DNA of 64,000 nucleotides from Propionivibrio sp. (GCF_029255185.1 NZ_JAPUVO010000088.1:884-64883); one strand, 5' to 3'; shown: positions 27,341 through 43,949, counted from the stretch's first letter. The notes: a model not told the origin generated them from the sequence alone. Numbers and translations are program-made.

Positions 27341-29311
27341 CTATCCGCCTCCACCGACCTGAAGGGTAGGCGACTTAAGCGGCCCGCTAATGGAAATGGT
27401 GACGCGCGTCTGATTCGCTGTACCCCGCATTTTCAGTTCCATCTTGCCACTTACATTGAGCTCATTGCCAACATCGATAAACCCCGTCGATTGCATCAGC
27501 CCTGAATTCAAGACCAGTCCTGAAAACTTATAGCCCGTTGGCGTCAGCTTGATTTTCCCCGACAGATTTTCAAATTGCGTTGAGCCCCCCTGTACTGGAG
27601 TTTTAGAAACGCTCCGCGCCGCCTCGGCCAGGTCAATTCCGCGAATACCTCCTCGCTGCACGGTGAACTCACCGTCGGCATCAATCGCTGAAAAAATCGA
27701 TGCCCACGAATCGGATGTTGTCAAAAACCGCATTTTTCCAGCGGTTTCTCCGAAGAATTGTTGTCCGAGCCCCAACGCGTCAGCAAACCGAGTGGCATTA
27801 ACCCGTTTGAATAATATATCGCCAGTGATGCTCGGCTTATTATCAGCGCGTAGAACAGCATCACCTTCTATCACTCCCTCAAAGAGGCGTAACTCCATGC
27901 TCTTTATCGTGAACGCCTCATGCTCGAAAGTCCCTTTCAGATTAACCGAATCAAAAAGAAAAGGAGAACCTGGAGTAGGTCGCCAGCCGAGGCCTTCCAA
28001 AACAACATCCAGCCCTTGCTCCAGAGGAGTGGCCACAAGGCTCAGGCTGTGATCTGCAGAGCGCAGCAATAAGGATTGAAACTGACCGTCAGCAGACTGC
28101 TTGGCCTCGCCATTCATGCCGGAAATACCAAGCCCCCCGAATGAAACTTCTGCTTTTTCAAGGCTGAGGTGATGCATACCGGCTCTGGCTGTGGGACTGG
28201 ACAATGCAACAAAAACACTGGGCAGACCGGCAATCATTTCAGCAGGAAGCGACACGCCACTCACGACCACCTCGCGAAAAACAATTTTCGCGGAGAACAG
28301 TGTGTCTAGCACTGGTTGCAGACGAATTTCAGTGATGCGTATTGCATTTTTTTCCGAACCGATGCGCACATCGCCGAGAAGTAAAGCCGGTTTGGGATAG
28401 ACATTTACCCGCATGCTCCCCACGTGTACAGGACGGCCACTGGCGCTGGCAAAAGCAACTTCAACCTTAGGCAAATAGCTATCGTAGGGAAAGAAAAGAA
28501 CGACCAAAAACGCCAGAGCAAGCACACCGGCAATGCTCAAAATGACAATCACCGGCCAGCCCATCGAATCATCCTGACCACGCCGTATTGGCTTGAGCAA
28601 GAAAGCCTCTTCGCGCGCGCTCGGGTGAAGCGCCTTAACGCGCTCAACAAACAAACGTTTTAATTCTTCTTCACGCCGACCTTCAGCAAGCGGAACCGGC
28701 CTGAGGCTTTCAACAAAAATCGGCTCTGATTCGCTCCAGCCTGGTCTTTGGAAAAACGCCTTGACGCGTTGAACGAACGAGGGCTTTGACGCCTTGGGAA
28801 GTTCTGATTGCTGCTCAGTGAATTTTTTCGCCCCTTCTTCGGCAAAGACCCGAGGTGGCTGAGGAACAGACACTTTCTCAGATTGCATTGAAGCAACGGA
28901 GAATAATGGTTTTGGTGAGTCGTTTGATGGTGGAGTCTTAATAACCGAATGGCTAACCATCGGAATCTCGGGTACTGATGACTCCACAATATCCTTGGTT
29001 ACTGCGGGGGCAATCGGGGGTTTCTTCTTATTGAGGATCGCCGCGGCCCGCACTTCCTGGGCAACCTTTTTACTTTCGGCCCACAGGGAATCCGGTTCGC
29101 CCTGAGGCTCGATGAAGCCCCCTTTTTCGAGCTCGCGCAAAGCGTTTTCAGTAAGCTGTGGATTGCCTGTTTTCAGGCATAAATCGGCCACTGTTGAATG
29201 GCTGTCGACAAGAATCAGAACCATGCGCACATTTCTCTGCATGACCCGTGTCCGCTGAAGCATTGCCCCTTCACCGGCGGCTGTTTTGGTATAGATGAGA
29301 TCGTGATCCAT
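27341..29311 (-). CDS. membrane protein: unassigned cytoplasmic N-domain, Pro/Lys/Ser-rich linker, one TM helix and a periplasmic AsmA-like domain
   Basis: 656 aa with TM helix WPVIVILSIAGVLALAFLVVLFF at about aa 262-284. The post-TM region (ASASGRPVHVGSMRVNVYPKPALLLGDVRIG ... DADGEFTVQRGGIRGIDL ... GKIKLTPTGYKFSGLVLNSGLMQSTGFIDV) resembles AsmA-family N- and C-terminal blocks. Confidence 0.6.
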   Translation of the reverse strand: MDHDLIYTKTAAGEGAMLQRTRVMQRNVRMVLILVDSHSTVADLCLKTGNPQLTENALRELEKGGFIEPQGEPDSLWAESKKVAQEVRAAAILNKKKPPIAPAVTKDIVESSVPEIPMVSHSVIKTPPSNDSPKPLFSVASMQSEKVSVPQPPRVFAEEGAKKFTEQQSELPKASKPSFVQRVKAFFQRPGWSESEPIFVESLRPVPLAEGRREEELKRLFVERVKALHPSAREEAFLLKPIRRGQDDSMGWPVIVILSIAGVLALAFLVVLFFPYDSYLPKVEVAFASASGRPVHVGSMRVNVYPKPALLLGDVRIGSEKNAIRITEIRLQPVLDTLFSAKIVFREVVVSGVSLPAEMIAGLPSVFVALSSPTARAGMHHLSLEKAEVSFGGLGISGMNGEAKQSADGQFQSLLLRSADHSLSLVATPLEQGLDVVLEGLGWRPTPGSPFLFDSVNLKGTFEHEAFTIKSMELRLFEGVIEGDAVLRADNKPSITGDILFKRVNATRFADALGLGQQFFGETAGKMRFLTTSDSWASIFSAIDADGEFTVQRGGIRGIDLAEAARSVSKTPVQGGSTQFENLSGKIKLTPTGYKFSGLVLNSGLMQSTGFIDVGNELNVSGKMELKMRGTANQTRVTISISGPLKSPTLQVGGGG

Positions 29312-29359
29312 TTGCCTTGACGAAAGATTCGTGAGTGACTAGAATGCGCGCTTCGTTGT

Positions 29360-29435
29360 TCCTCGATAGCTCAGTTGGTAGAGCGCCGGACTGTTAATCC
29401 GTAGGTCCCTGGTTCGAGCCCAGGTCGAGGAGCCA
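29360..29435 (+). tRNA. tRNA-Asn (anticodon GUU)
   Basis: 76-nt cloverleaf with acceptor stem TCCTCGA/TCGAGGA, D-arm GCTC-AGTTGGTA-GAGC, anticodon loop CTGTTAA, T-arm CCTGG-TTCGAGC-CCAGG and encoded CCA. Near-identical layout to E. coli tRNA-Asn. Confidence 0.95.
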
Positions 29436-29444
29436 AGCAATTTA

Positions 29445-29479
29445 AAGCCCCGCAGGTTTTGCTACTTGCGAGGCTTTTT
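29445..29479 (+). terminator. rho-independent terminator after tRNA-Asn
   Basis: aagccccgcagg-ttttgcta-cttgcgaggctt forms an imperfect stem followed by TTTTT. Confidence 0.6.
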
Positions 29480-29741
29480 GCATTTTTGACCATGACCATG
29501 GCGTACTCAAACATCTGGAAACGCTCCAAAAAACTGACTGCATGTTTATTTCTGTCCAGAGACGCCAGAATACACCATAACCATCCGCATTCTATAGCCA
29601 GAGACAAGTCAATGGGAGAACGGAGAGCGGCCGATTCCCGCATACCTGAACCTTTCAAGCGCCAAATTGCCTTAATTGCCTTGCTACGCGTCTTACCTTA
29701 TCCTTCGCGACCTCACTCAACCTGCCCGGCTCCGACGAAAA

Positions 29742-30542
29742 ATGAGCATCACACTCAAATCTCCTGACGAAATCGAAAAAATGCGGGTCGCTGGCCGTCT
29801 GGCGGCCGAAGTGCTCGATTTCATTACGCCGTTCATCAAACCGGGGGTCACCACCGGCGAGGTGGACAAGCTATGCCACGACTATATGGTTGATGTTCAG
29901 GGCTGCATCCCGGCCCCGCTCAACTACGCTCCCCCCGGTTACAAACCCTATCCGAAATCAATCTGCGCCTCGGTCAACCACCAGGTCTGTCACGGAGTTC
30001 CAGGCGACAAGCAGTTGAAGAACGGTGACATTGTCAACCTTGACATCACCACCATTAAGGAAGGCTATCACGGTGATACCAGTCGCATGTTTCATGTCGG
30101 CGAGATTTCGATTCAAGCCAAACGGCTATGTGAAGTTACTTTTGAATGCCTCTGGCTCGGCATCGCACAGGTCAGGGCCGGCGCTCATCTCGGTGACATT
30201 GGACAGGCCATACAAAGCTATGCTGAAAAATCCGGTTTCTCGGTGGTTCGTGAATTTTGCGGCCATGGCATCGGTGCCCGTTTCCACGAAGATCCTCAGG
30301 TCGTGCACTACGGCAAGGCCGGCACCGGTATCGAGCTGAAAGCCAACATGATTTTCACTATTGAGCCAATGATCAACGCCGGCAAGGCGGCGATCCGTGA
30401 ACTAGCTGACGGCTGGACGATTGTTACCAAGGACCATAGTCTGTCAGCGCAATGGGAACACACCATCCTGGTCACCGACACGGGATTTGAGGTCCTGACC
30501 CTCTCCGACGGCACGCGCAAGCCTCCGGAATGGATCGGCTAG
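29742..30542 (+). CDS. map: methionine aminopeptidase, type I
   Basis: Trimmed to [18 protein letters not shown]. Metal-ligand blocks DIVNLD, HGDTS, GHGIG, EHT. Confidence 0.94.
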   Translation: MSITLKSPDEIEKMRVAGRLAAEVLDFITPFIKPGVTTGEVDKLCHDYMVDVQGCIPAPLNYAPPGYKPYPKSICASVNHQVCHGVPGDKQLKNGDIVNLDITTIKEGYHGDTSRMFHVGEISIQAKRLCEVTFECLWLGIAQVRAGAHLGDIGQAIQSYAEKSGFSVVREFCGHGIGARFHEDPQVVHYGKAGTGIELKANMIFTIEPMINAGKAAIRELADGWTIVTKDHSLSAQWEHTILVTDTGFEVLTLSDGTRKPPEWIG

Positions 30543-33142
30543 TCCTTATGAAACTTGGTTCCGCCGAGCGAATCAGCCTTCTAACCCGTTACAAATCGCG
30601 TCTTCAGTCCGCTCAGGCCACCATTCGAGAGCGCTATCTCGCTGGAGGTGATGCGGTCCGCCTACTCCAGGAACGAAGCCAACTGATTGACGACGTTCTG
30701 CGCACATTGTGGACCGAATTGAAGCTTCCAGATTCGCTTGCCCTGGTGGCGGTCGGTGGCTATGGGCGCGGCCAGTTGTGGCCAGCATCTGATGTTGATT
30801 TGCTGCTGCTGCTTCCGGAGCGTCCGGATGAGGCACTTGCTGAACTGCTTGAACAACTGGTCGGGGTGTTCTGGGATATCGGACTGGAAATCGGCCATAG
30901 CGTACGCACCGTCGAAGAGTGCCTCGAAGAAGCGGCAAACGATCTGACGGTTCAGACGGCATTGGTCGAAGCCCGCCAGCTCATCGGTAACAACGCGCTT
31001 TTCGCAAGATTCACTTCAGAATTCAAGAACATTCTCGATCCGCAAGCTTTTTTCCACGCCAAACGGATGGAGCAGGACGAGCGTTATCTGCGTTTTCAGG
31101 AATCGCCCTACAGTCTCGAACCGAACTGCAAGGAAAGTCCAGGCGGCCTGCGCGACCTGCAAAGCATCCTGTGGATCGCGCAGGCGGCAGGCTACGGCAA
31201 CAATTGGCAGGATCTGGAACGTCACGGCTTCATAACCCATCAGGAAGAACAGGGGCTGGAGCGGCGCGAACTGTTTTTACAGCGTTTGCGAATCCAATTA
31301 CACCTGCATGTCGGTCGCCGTGAAGATCGCCTCCTGTTTGACTACCAAACCGCAATCGCTGAACAGCTCGGTTATACGACAACGCTCACCCGGCGCGCCA
31401 GCGAACAGTTGATGCAGGAGTACTTCCAGACCGCAAAAACGGTGACCCAGCTTAATACCATCCTGCTGCAAAACATGGGCGCCGCAATTTTCCCGCCGCC
31501 GGAACAAACGCCGCAGGGAATCAATGAGCGTTTCCAGAATACGCATCAGTTGCTTGACGTCGTCCATGAAAATGTTTTCCAGGAAACACCAGGTGCAATT
31601 CTCGAAGCCTTTCTGCTCATGCAGCAGCACTCCGAGCTGAAAGGCATGACAGCACGAACGATTCGCGCGCTGTGGCGGGCACGTCGCCTAATCGACGATA
31701 ATTTTCGTCAGAACCCGGAAAACAAGGCGCGTTTCGTCGACATCTTCAAGCAAGCGAAAGGTGTATTGCACGAACTGCGGCGCATGAACCAATTTGACAT
31801 CCTCGGCCGCTACCTGCCCACATTCGGCGCCATCGTTGGTCAGATGCAACACGACCTGTTCCACGCCTACACTGTTGACCAGCACACCCTAAAAGTACTG
31901 GGCAACCTGCGCCGATTCTCCGAAAGTGAATTTGGACACGAATATCCTTTCTGCAGCCAGTTGATCTGTGGCTTCGATCGACCGTGGCTGCTTTATATTG
32001 CTGCCCTGTTTCACGATATCGCCAAAGGACGTGGCGGCGGTCACTCCGAGCTTGGGGCGGTCGATGCCCGGGAGTTTTGTGCCAGTCATGGTCTGTGCAA
32101 CGAAGATGTCGAGCTGGTTGTCTGGCTCGTACGCAATCACCTGCTGATGTCGAACGTCGCGCAGAAACAGGACATTTCCAACCCGGATGTGCTTGGCGCT
32201 TTTGCCGCGACAGTTGGCGACGAACGCCACTTGACTGCCCTCTACCTGTTTTCTGTCGCCGATATTCGCGGCACCAGCCCGAAGGTCTGGAATAGCTGGA
32301 AAGGCCAGTTGCTCGAACAACTATTCAAGCAGACCCACCGCCTCCTGCTTTCCGATGGCCAGGTGCCCGTAACACAAGGCATTATTCAGGAGCGGCAAGA
32401 AGAAGCCCTGCGTTTACTGCGCTATTTTGCGATTCCGGAAACAGCACATGAAAGCTTGTGGAATCAGCTCGATACCGTTTACTTCCTGCGTCATTCAGCA
32501 GAAGAAATCGCCTGGCACACACGCGCGCTGCACTACCGAATCGACAGCCAGAAACCAGTCGTCAAGGCCCGCATCAACCCACACGGTGACGGAATTGAAG
32601 TGATGGCCTACACGCTCGACCAGCGCTATCTGTTTGCCCGACTGGTCGGCTTCTTCAGCCGGGCCGGTTACAGCATCATGGATGCCAAAATTCACACAAC
32701 GCGCCATGGATATGCCCTCGACAGCTTCATGCTGCTCGATGTCAGTGGCCGCGAGAGTAGCCGTGACAGCGACCGCAGCATGATCAGCTATGTCGAACAC
32801 GAACTGACCGGCCGGCTGTCTCATCAGACTCCACCCGAAGCGCCTGCTGGCGGACGTATCTCGAGACAGGTCAAGCACTTCCCGATCCAGCCACAGGTGA
32901 CCATCCAGCCAGATGAAAAGGGCGACCTCTTCGTCCTCTCGGTCAGCGCATCCGATCGTCCCGGCCTGCTTTATACCGTTGCCATGGCACTGGCGGGACA
33001 TGGCGCCAATCTGCACACCGCAAAAATCGTCACCCTCGGTGAACGGGTTGAGGACACCTTTCTGATCAGCGGTGGTGATCTGGGCAATAGTGCAGGCCGC
33101 ATCAAGCTGGAAACGGAACTGCTCGATCAATTGAAGTGTTGA
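30530..33142 (+). CDS. glnD: bifunctional [protein-PII] uridylyltransferase/uridylyl-removing enzyme
   Basis: NTase motif [21 protein letters not shown] domain (LFHDIAKG) and two C-terminal ACT domains. The alternative in-frame start ATG 30548 cannot be excluded. map-glnD adjacency is conserved. Confidence 0.92.
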   Translation: MDRLVLMKLGSAERISLLTRYKSRLQSAQATIRERYLAGGDAVRLLQERSQLIDDVLRTLWTELKLPDSLALVAVGGYGRGQLWPASDVDLLLLLPERPDEALAELLEQLVGVFWDIGLEIGHSVRTVEECLEEAANDLTVQTALVEARQLIGNNALFARFTSEFKNILDPQAFFHAKRMEQDERYLRFQESPYSLEPNCKESPGGLRDLQSILWIAQAAGYGNNWQDLERHGFITHQEEQGLERRELFLQRLRIQLHLHVGRREDRLLFDYQTAIAEQLGYTTTLTRRASEQLMQEYFQTAKTVTQLNTILLQNMGAAIFPPPEQTPQGINERFQNTHQLLDVVHENVFQETPGAILEAFLLMQQHSELKGMTARTIRALWRARRLIDDNFRQNPENKARFVDIFKQAKGVLHELRRMNQFDILGRYLPTFGAIVGQMQHDLFHAYTVDQHTLKVLGNLRRFSESEFGHEYPFCSQLICGFDRPWLLYIAALFHDIAKGRGGGHSELGAVDAREFCASHGLCNEDVELVVWLVRNHLLMSNVAQKQDISNPDVLGAFAATVGDERHLTALYLFSVADIRGTSPKVWNSWKGQLLEQLFKQTHRLLLSDGQVPVTQGIIQERQEEALRLLRYFAIPETAHESLWNQLDTVYFLRHSAEEIAWHTRALHYRIDSQKPVVKARINPHGDGIEVMAYTLDQRYLFARLVGFFSRAGYSIMDAKIHTTRHGYALDSFMLLDVSGRESSRDSDRSMISYVEHELTGRLSHQTPPEAPAGGRISRQVKHFPIQPQVTIQPDEKGDLFVLSVSASDRPGLLYTVAMALAGHGANLHTAKIVTLGERVEDTFLISGGDLGNSAGRIKLETELLDQLKC

Positions 33143-33148
33143 TGCGAT

Positions 33149-33685
33149 TCAGTCTGCGGGCAGATCGTCGGCCTCGGATGACAAGGCGTCGACAAATCCG
33201 AAACGTGTAAAATCCTTGATTCGCATCGGGTATAAGATGCCATCGAGATGGTCACACTCGTGCTGCACAACCCGGGCATGAAACCCCTCGACCGAGCGTT
33301 CGATCGGCTGTCCGAGAGGGTCAAAACCGACGTAGTGCAGATGGCGCCAGCGCGGCACCGAACCACGCAGTCCAGGCAGCGAAAGACAGCCTTCCCAATC
33401 TTCCTCGACCACCTCCGAAAGCGGCGTCAGCACGGGATTAATCAATACGGTGTAGGGGATACTGTCAGCGTCCGGATAGCGCGAATTGTCGTCAAAACCG
33501 AAAATGACCACGCGCAGACCAACACCGATCTGTGGCGCAGCAAGACCGGCGCCGTCGAGGCGATGCATTGTTTCTTCCATATCAGCGATTAACGCGTGCA
33601 GTTCGGGCGTATTGAAAGCGCCAACCGGTCGCGCCAGTTCAAAGAGGCGCGGATCGCCCATCTTGAGGACCGGTCTAATCGCCAC
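33149..33685 (-). CDS. def: peptide deformylase
   Basis: Motifs [19 protein letters not shown]. Start set to GTG 33685 ([14 protein letters not shown]), which overlaps the mtnP stop by 11 nt. ATG 33661 is the alternative. Confidence 0.88.
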   Translation of the reverse strand: MAIRPVLKMGDPRLFELARPVGAFNTPELHALIADMEETMHRLDGAGLAAPQIGVGLRVVIFGFDDNSRYPDADSIPYTVLINPVLTPLSEVVEEDWEGCLSLPGLRGSVPRWRHLHYVGFDPLGQPIERSVEGFHARVVQHECDHLDGILYPMRIKDFTRFGFVDALSSEADDLPAD

Positions 33686-34418
33686 GATCGACCATTTTCT
33701 CGATGAGCAAACGCACCTGCCCCATTGACTCGTGCAAGACCCCCTGAATCGATTCAAAACTGATGCCTTCGAGACTGTCTGCCCGGCCTGCCGCGTAATT
33801 GGCCACCACACTGATGGCCGCATAGGGCACCGCCAATTCACGCGCCAAGGCAGCCTCAGGCATTCCCGTCATGCCCACCACGTCAGCACCATCGCGTTCA
33901 AAACGGTTGATCTCGGCTGCGGTTTCAAGACGCGGCCCCTGCGTCGTGGCGTAAACGGCGGCCTTGCTCACCGGTATGCCTATAGCATCGGCCGCCAGGA
34001 TCAGTTGCTCACGCAAGGCACGATCATAGGGCTCGGTGAAATCGATATGTGCAAGTGTGCCCTCCGGCCCTTCGTGGTAGGTGGATTTTCGTCCCCAGGT
34101 ATAGTCGATGATCTGGTGCGGAATAACCAGATCACCGGGCTTCAGATCAGCCCTGATGCAGCCGACCGAAGCCACCGAAATGATACCAACGGCGCCTCGC
34201 TTACACAGCGCCCAGACATTTGCCCGGTAGTTAACCTCATGCGGCGGGATCGTGTGACCATAACCATGACGGGCCAGAAAAGCGACCGGACGACCACAAA
34301 TCTGGCCAAAAGTCACGGCACCTGATGGCTCGCCATACGGAGTACGCAGCACCTCGCGATGTGACACATCAAGATTGGCCAGTTGCGACAGACCACTGCC
34401 GCCAATAACTGCCAGCAT
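33675..34418 (-). CDS. mtnP: S-methyl-5'-thioadenosine (or thioinosine) phosphorylase
   Basis: [10 protein letters not shown]...[25 protein letters not shown]...[19 protein letters not shown] family. Confidence 0.88.
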   Translation of the reverse strand: MLAVIGGSGLSQLANLDVSHREVLRTPYGEPSGAVTFGQICGRPVAFLARHGYGHTIPPHEVNYRANVWALCKRGAVGIISVASVGCIRADLKPGDLVIPHQIIDYTWGRKSTYHEGPEGTLAHIDFTEPYDRALREQLILAADAIGIPVSKAAVYATTQGPRLETAAEINRFERDGADVVGMTGMPEAALARELAVPYAAISVVANYAAGRADSLEGISFESIQGVLHESMGQVRLLIEKMVDRGD

Positions 34419-34419
34419 C

Positions 34420-34970
34420 TCATTCCTCCTTCATGGCGTAGATTGCCGGGAGATTTCGCCACTGGCCGCGAACGTCCATGCCATAACCGAAAACAAAACG
34501 ATCAGGTACGTTCAGCGCGACAAAATCGGCCTTTATCGGTTTATCCTTGCCGTTCAACTTGTCAGTCGCTACGGCGGTGTAACAGGCTTTGGCCCCAAGT
34601 TGCATCATGCGCTCGACAATGGCGGCCAAGGTCAAGCCTTCATCGAGAATATCATCAAGAACAAGAACTGTTCGCCCCTTGACCGGGGTCCACGGCGCCG
34701 AACGCCAAGACAGTGCCCCACCGGCGGTATCCTGACCGTAGCGGGTAACGTGCATGTAGTCGAAATCGAGCGGGAAATGCAACTGTGTCATCAGCTGTCC
34801 GGCAAAAGGAACGCCTCCGCTCATGACGCACAGCAGCAAGGGATGGGTGTCGCCCAGCTTCTCGCTGATTTCGCCGGCGACCCGGCCAACTGCCGCTGCG
34901 ACCGTCTCTGCCGAGTGAATCAAATCTGCCGCAGCGAGAAGATCCTTCGCCCGCTGAGTTTCTGTCATGC

Positions 34971-34974
<4 letters not shown>
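34420..34974 (-). CDS. hypoxanthine-guanine phosphoribosyltransferase-like
   Basis: PRPP-binding motif [14 protein letters not shown] and type I PRT fold, 184 aa. Confidence 0.82.
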
Positions 34975-39131
<4,157 letters not shown>

Positions 39132-39139
39132 TATTTTTC

Positions 39140-42100
39140 CTAAACGATCTGCTCTCGCATGCGCAACGCTTCGTCCATATCCACCTCAACGATGCGCGAA
39201 ACCCCGGACTCCTGCATCGTCACGCCAACGAGTTGCTGCGCCATTTCCATGGCGATCTTGTTGTGGCTGATGAATAGAAACTGGGTATTGATCGACATGC
39301 GTTGCACCATCGCGCAAAAACGTTCGGTATTGGTATCGTCCAGCGGAGCGTCCACTTCGTCAAGAAGGCAGAATGGCGCCGGATTGAGTTGAAACATCGA
39401 GAATACCAGGGCAATCGCGGTCAGTGCTTTTTCACCCCCGGACAAGAGGTGAATCGTCGAATTCTTCTTGCCCGGCGGTTGCGCCATGACTTGCAGGCCG
39501 GCGTCGAGAATTTCCTCGCCGGTCATGATCAGTTTGGCTTCACCGCCGCCAAAGAGGATCGGGAACAGCTCACCGAAGCTGCTGTTGACCGAGTCAAAAG
39601 TCGTCTGCAGCAGTGCACGCGTTTCACGGTCAATGCGGCGAATAGCGTTTTCCAGCGTTTCCATGGCCTGCGTCAAGTCTTCCGACTGTGCGTCAAGGTA
39701 GCCCTTGCGCTCGCGAGCCGATTCAAGCTCGTCGAGTGCAGCGAGGTTAACCGCGCCGAGCGTTTCGATCGATCGTTGCAACGCGGCAATGGCATTTTGC
39801 AGCGGGATGGGGCGGGCACCGGGCAAATCGCTGAGCAGGCTCTGCTCATCGGCCTTGGCTTCGAGCAATTGCGCTGCAAGCTGATCATAGCTAAGGCTGG
39901 CGGCCTGCTCCTTCAACTTGATTTCGCTGATCCGCTCGCGCCAAGGGTCGAGACTGTGCTCAAGCTTCATGCGCTGCTCTTCCAGACCGCGCAACCCGGC
40001 CGTTGCCGCTTCCAGGGCATCGCGCACCGCCGCCAGCGCCTGTTCGCGGAAAACCCGCTGTTCAAGCGCGTCCTGAAGTTTCGGTTCAATATCTTCGGCG
40101 TGCATGGCTTGCGCGTTTTCGGTGCAGCGCGCCAACTCGTCAACGATGCGTAAAATCTGCTGGCGCGCCAAATCGCGGCTGCGGCTGATTTCCTCGATCT
40201 TGCTGCGACACTCGCGTTGTGCGAACTGGGCTTCGCGCAGTTCGCGTTCGACCGCATTGACCTGTTCGCGCTCGTCGCGCAGCGCCCGTTCGGCCTGCTC
40301 GAAAGCAGCTCTGGCCGTCCCCATGACTAGCTGCAGCTGATGTATCTGCTCGCCCTGAACTGCAATGGCCTCGTCAGCAACGAACAGGCGCTCGTTTTCG
40401 CCCTCTTCCTCGCTGGCCATCTCGGCCAGGCTCTCGTCGATCTGCGCCTGCCGTTCACGGAAGCGATCGAGCGCCTGCGCCAGTTTGAGAGTTTCAACCT
40501 GGATGGCGTGAGCCCGCTCTTGCAGTGCCTCGATTTCCTGGCGTGACTCGTGGACTACGTTCTGCACGTCGACCATGCGCATTTCGATTTCGGCCAGCCT
40601 GGCCTGTTCCTGCGCAACCCGCTCTTCGCGCTGGGCAATGGCCCCGCCGAGTTCCTCGATTTCGCGCTGCCGTTCCAGCAGGCCATGCTCTGCGGCGTCC
40701 GGGGCAAACAGCGTGACACTCTGCCGGCTGACCACATCGCCCCCCGGCGTGACACAGCAGGCGCTGCTGGACAGATCAGCGCGGCGTGCCAACGCGGCGG
40801 CCAGATCAGGCGCGGTGAATACCTCGCCAAGCCAATCAGCAAGAATGGCGACGAGTTTCGGGTCGTCACAACGAATGCGCGCCAGCAATCGATCGGCAGC
40901 AAAGTTCGCCGTCGCGCCGTCGACCGGCAAGAGCAGAGTCAGTTTGCTGCCCGGACGATCGCGGCTCCAGGCCGGGTCGGCCACTTCAGCGGCGAGGGCG
41001 CTAATCCGCTCGCGCAGCACGGCCTCGACGGCATCCTCCCAGCCGACCTCGACATGCAGTGCCTTCCACAGCGGCTGTCCCTTGTCGAGCCGGTGCCGAT
41101 GCAACCAGTCTGCCAGTTTGCCATCGCCCTGCACCCGCTTTTGCAATTGCTCGAGCGCAGCGCGACGGGCATGGGCTTCGGCGCGTTCCTTCTGGACATG
41201 CTGTACTTCGGCCAGCACTTCACGGCGCTGTTGTTCAAGCTGGGGCAGCTCTTGCTGCTTGCTGACCAGCGCCTCCTGGGCGTCGACGATGCGTTCGCGC
41301 AATTGCGCCAGTGCTTCCTGCTTGAGCTCGAACTCGCTACCGTCGGGCGCCGGCAACGCCTCACGTTCCTGTGCCAAGCGCTGGCGACGACCGGCAATGA
41401 TTTGCAGCGAACGCTGGGCATGGCCGCGATTGGCCTGCTCGACCTGCAAACGCTGTTCGGTCTGGGCAAGAACGGCACGCTGGCGATTGACTGCGTCCTG
41501 GGCGCTGGCGTGTGCTTCCTCGGCCAGCGGCAGGCGTTCCTGCTGGGCGGCCAGACGCATTTCTCCTTGCTCAACGCGCTCATCGGCAAGCGCCGACAAA
41601 TCCACCCAACGCGCGTGGTCCGCCTCGAGTTTTTCGAGTTGCCCTTGCCAGTGCAACTGGTCATCGGTAAGTTGCGCCAGTCGGGATTCATACTCGCGCT
41701 GCGATTCACGGCGATGACGAATTTCGGCTTCAAGCCGCGCCACTTCGGCATTGGCCGTAAACAGTTCGCTTTGCGCGCCATGCACGCCGTCGCTGGCGGC
41801 AAAATGGCTTTCTCGCGCTTCTTCAAGCCGTGCTTCCGTTTCACGCAGAGCCGCATTTTGCGCCTCGAGTTCGATCAGCGCCCGCTCGAACTCTCGTCCC
41901 AGACGTTCGCGTTCGGCCAGCGCCTCATTGCGCCGCAGCAGGCATAGCACTTGCTGCTTGCGCGTCAGCTCGCCGTTGTAGTCACGATACTGCCGGGCCA
42001 CTGCCGCCTGCCCTTCCAGGCGCTCCATCTGAACGCCAAGTTCGAGCCGGATATCCTCGACACGTGTCAGGTTGTCGCGCGTATCGGCGATCCGGTTTTC

Positions 42101-42640
42101 GGTTTCCTTGCGCCGTTCCTTGTATTTGGTGACACCGGCGGCCTCTTCGAGAAAAACACGCAGTTCATCAGGCCGGGCCTCGATGATGCGCGAGATCGTT
42201 CCCTGTCCAATGATGGCGTAGGCGCGTGGCCCGAGACCGGTACCGAGAAACAGGTCGGTGATGTCTTTGCGCCGAACGTGCAGGTTATTGATGTAGTACT
42301 CGGACTGCCCGCTGCGCGTCAGCAGCCGTTTGACCGACAGCTCGGCGTATTGCGACCACTGTCCCGCGATTCGACCGAGCGAGTTGTCAAAAACCAGTTC
42401 AACCGCCGCCCGCGACACCGGCTTGCGCCCACCGGACCCGTTGAAGATCACGTCCTGCATCGACTCGCCGCGCAACTCCGAAGCTTTCGACTCGCCAAGC
42501 ACCCAGCGCACGGCGTCAATGACGTTGGATTTGCCGCAGCCATTCGGGCCGACCACACCAACGAGTTGCCCGGGCAAGGAAATCGTAGTTGGATCGACGA
42601 AGGACTTGAAACCGGCAAGTTTGAGTTTTGTCAGACGCAT
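39140..42640 (-). CDS. smc: chromosome segregation protein SMC
   Basis: Walker [10 protein letters not shown], long coiled coils flanking a hinge, signature [13 protein letters not shown] and Walker [14 protein letters not shown]. Confidence 0.96.
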   Translation of the reverse strand: MRLTKLKLAGFKSFVDPTTISLPGQLVGVVGPNGCGKSNVIDAVRWVLGESKASELRGESMQDVIFNGSGGRKPVSRAAVELVFDNSLGRIAGQWSQYAELSVKRLLTRSGQSEYYINNLHVRRKDITDLFLGTGLGPRAYAIIGQGTISRIIEARPDELRVFLEEAAGVTKYKERRKETENRIADTRDNLTRVEDIRLELGVQMERLEGQAAVARQYRDYNGELTRKQQVLCLLRRNEALAERERLGREFERALIELEAQNAALRETEARLEEARESHFAASDGVHGAQSELFTANAEVARLEAEIRHRRESQREYESRLAQLTDDQLHWQGQLEKLEADHARWVDLSALADERVEQGEMRLAAQQERLPLAEEAHASAQDAVNRQRAVLAQTEQRLQVEQANRGHAQRSLQIIAGRRQRLAQEREALPAPDGSEFELKQEALAQLRERIVDAQEALVSKQQELPQLEQQRREVLAEVQHVQKERAEAHARRAALEQLQKRVQGDGKLADWLHRHRLDKGQPLWKALHVEVGWEDAVEAVLRERISALAAEVADPAWSRDRPGSKLTLLLPVDGATANFAADRLLARIRCDDPKLVAILADWLGEVFTAPDLAAALARRADLSSSACCVTPGGDVVSRQSVTLFAPDAAEHGLLERQREIEELGGAIAQREERVAQEQARLAEIEMRMVDVQNVVHESRQEIEALQERAHAIQVETLKLAQALDRFRERQAQIDESLAEMASEEEGENERLFVADEAIAVQGEQIHQLQLVMGTARAAFEQAERALRDEREQVNAVERELREAQFAQRECRSKIEEISRSRDLARQQILRIVDELARCTENAQAMHAEDIEPKLQDALEQRVFREQALAAVRDALEAATAGLRGLEEQRMKLEHSLDPWRERISEIKLKEQAASLSYDQLAAQLLEAKADEQSLLSDLPGARPIPLQNAIAALQRSIETLGAVNLAALDELESARERKGYLDAQSEDLTQAMETLENAIRRIDRETRALLQTTFDSVNSSFGELFPILFGGGEAKLIMTGEEILDAGLQVMAQPPGKKNSTIHLLSGGEKALTAIALVFSMFQLNPAPFCLLDEVDAPLDDTNTERFCAMVQRMSINTQFLFISHNKIAMEMAQQLVGVTMQESGVSRIVEVDMDEALRMREQIV

Positions 42641-42769
42641 TTAATGGAACGCAGCCTGGGTGGCTGCGTGGATAGGGGTTCCCGGAAGCATTGCATGACG
42701 CCGCACTGGCTGCATTCGGCGCTTATAATAACATTTTGCCAGCCCTATTCGTTTGAACCCGGACCATTG

Positions 42770-43189
42770 ATGACCACCCAGCCCGCCAAGACCCTCGAAA
42801 CTTTCCCCAACCCGGCGCCGCAGCGCGACTTCCAGATCCACATGGAGATCCCGGAATTCACCTGCCTGTGCCCGAAGACCGGCCAGCCGGACTTCGCCAC
42901 GCTGATTCTCGACTATATTCCGGAAAAAACCTGCGTCGAACTCAAGAGCCTCAAGCTTTACATCTGGTCTTTCCGCGACCAGGGCTGCTTCCATGAGGCA
43001 GTGACCAATCGCATTCTTGACGATCTGGTCAAAGCCACCAAACCGCGCTTCATGCGCCTGACCGCCAAGTTCTTTGTGCGCGGCGGGATCTTCACCAATG
43101 TCGTCGCCGAACACCGCAGCAAGGGATGGAAACCGGCGGCCAAGGTCGAACTGGCAGAATTTTCCACCCAATCCAACAGCCGAGGCTGA
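42770..43189 (+). CDS. queF: NADPH-dependent 7-cyano-7-deazaguanine reductase (unimodular type)
   Basis: Track ORF 41951..43189 trimmed to ATG 42770 ([15 protein letters not shown]). Catalytic Cys block [11 protein letters not shown] and QueF motif [12 protein letters not shown]. Confidence 0.9.
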   Translation: MTTQPAKTLETFPNPAPQRDFQIHMEIPEFTCLCPKTGQPDFATLILDYIPEKTCVELKSLKLYIWSFRDQGCFHEAVTNRILDDLVKATKPRFMRLTAKFFVRGGIFTNVVAEHRSKGWKPAAKVELAEFSTQSNSRG

Positions 43190-43193
43190 AACC

Positions 43194-43928
<735 letters not shown>

Positions 43929-43949
43929 CGACCCTCTGATGTTTTCAGC

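Noticed and set aside
29371-29658. 95-aa minus-strand ORF overlapping tRNA-Asn
   Set aside because: It overlaps the tRNA gene and its terminator, and nothing supports it as coding.
40550-41947. 465-aa plus-strand ORF, plus several other 100-380-aa ORFs, inside the smc region
   Set aside because: All are antisense or out of frame relative to the 1166-aa SMC gene. The repetitive coiled-coil codon usage (GAG/CAG/CGC/GCC) keeps alternative frames open. No motifs are present and the products are low-complexity Arg/Ala/Ser.
41951-42769. 273-codon N-terminal extension of the queF ORF
   Set aside because: It runs antisense through the smc 5' end. The ATG at 42770 gives a canonical 139-aa unimodular QueF.
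42641-42769. Possible preQ1 riboswitch upstream of queF
   Set aside because: No preQ1-I/II-like compact hairpin-pseudoknot with the conserved loop sequence was recognised. The only clear hairpin (42649-42669) sits at the smc end of the region.
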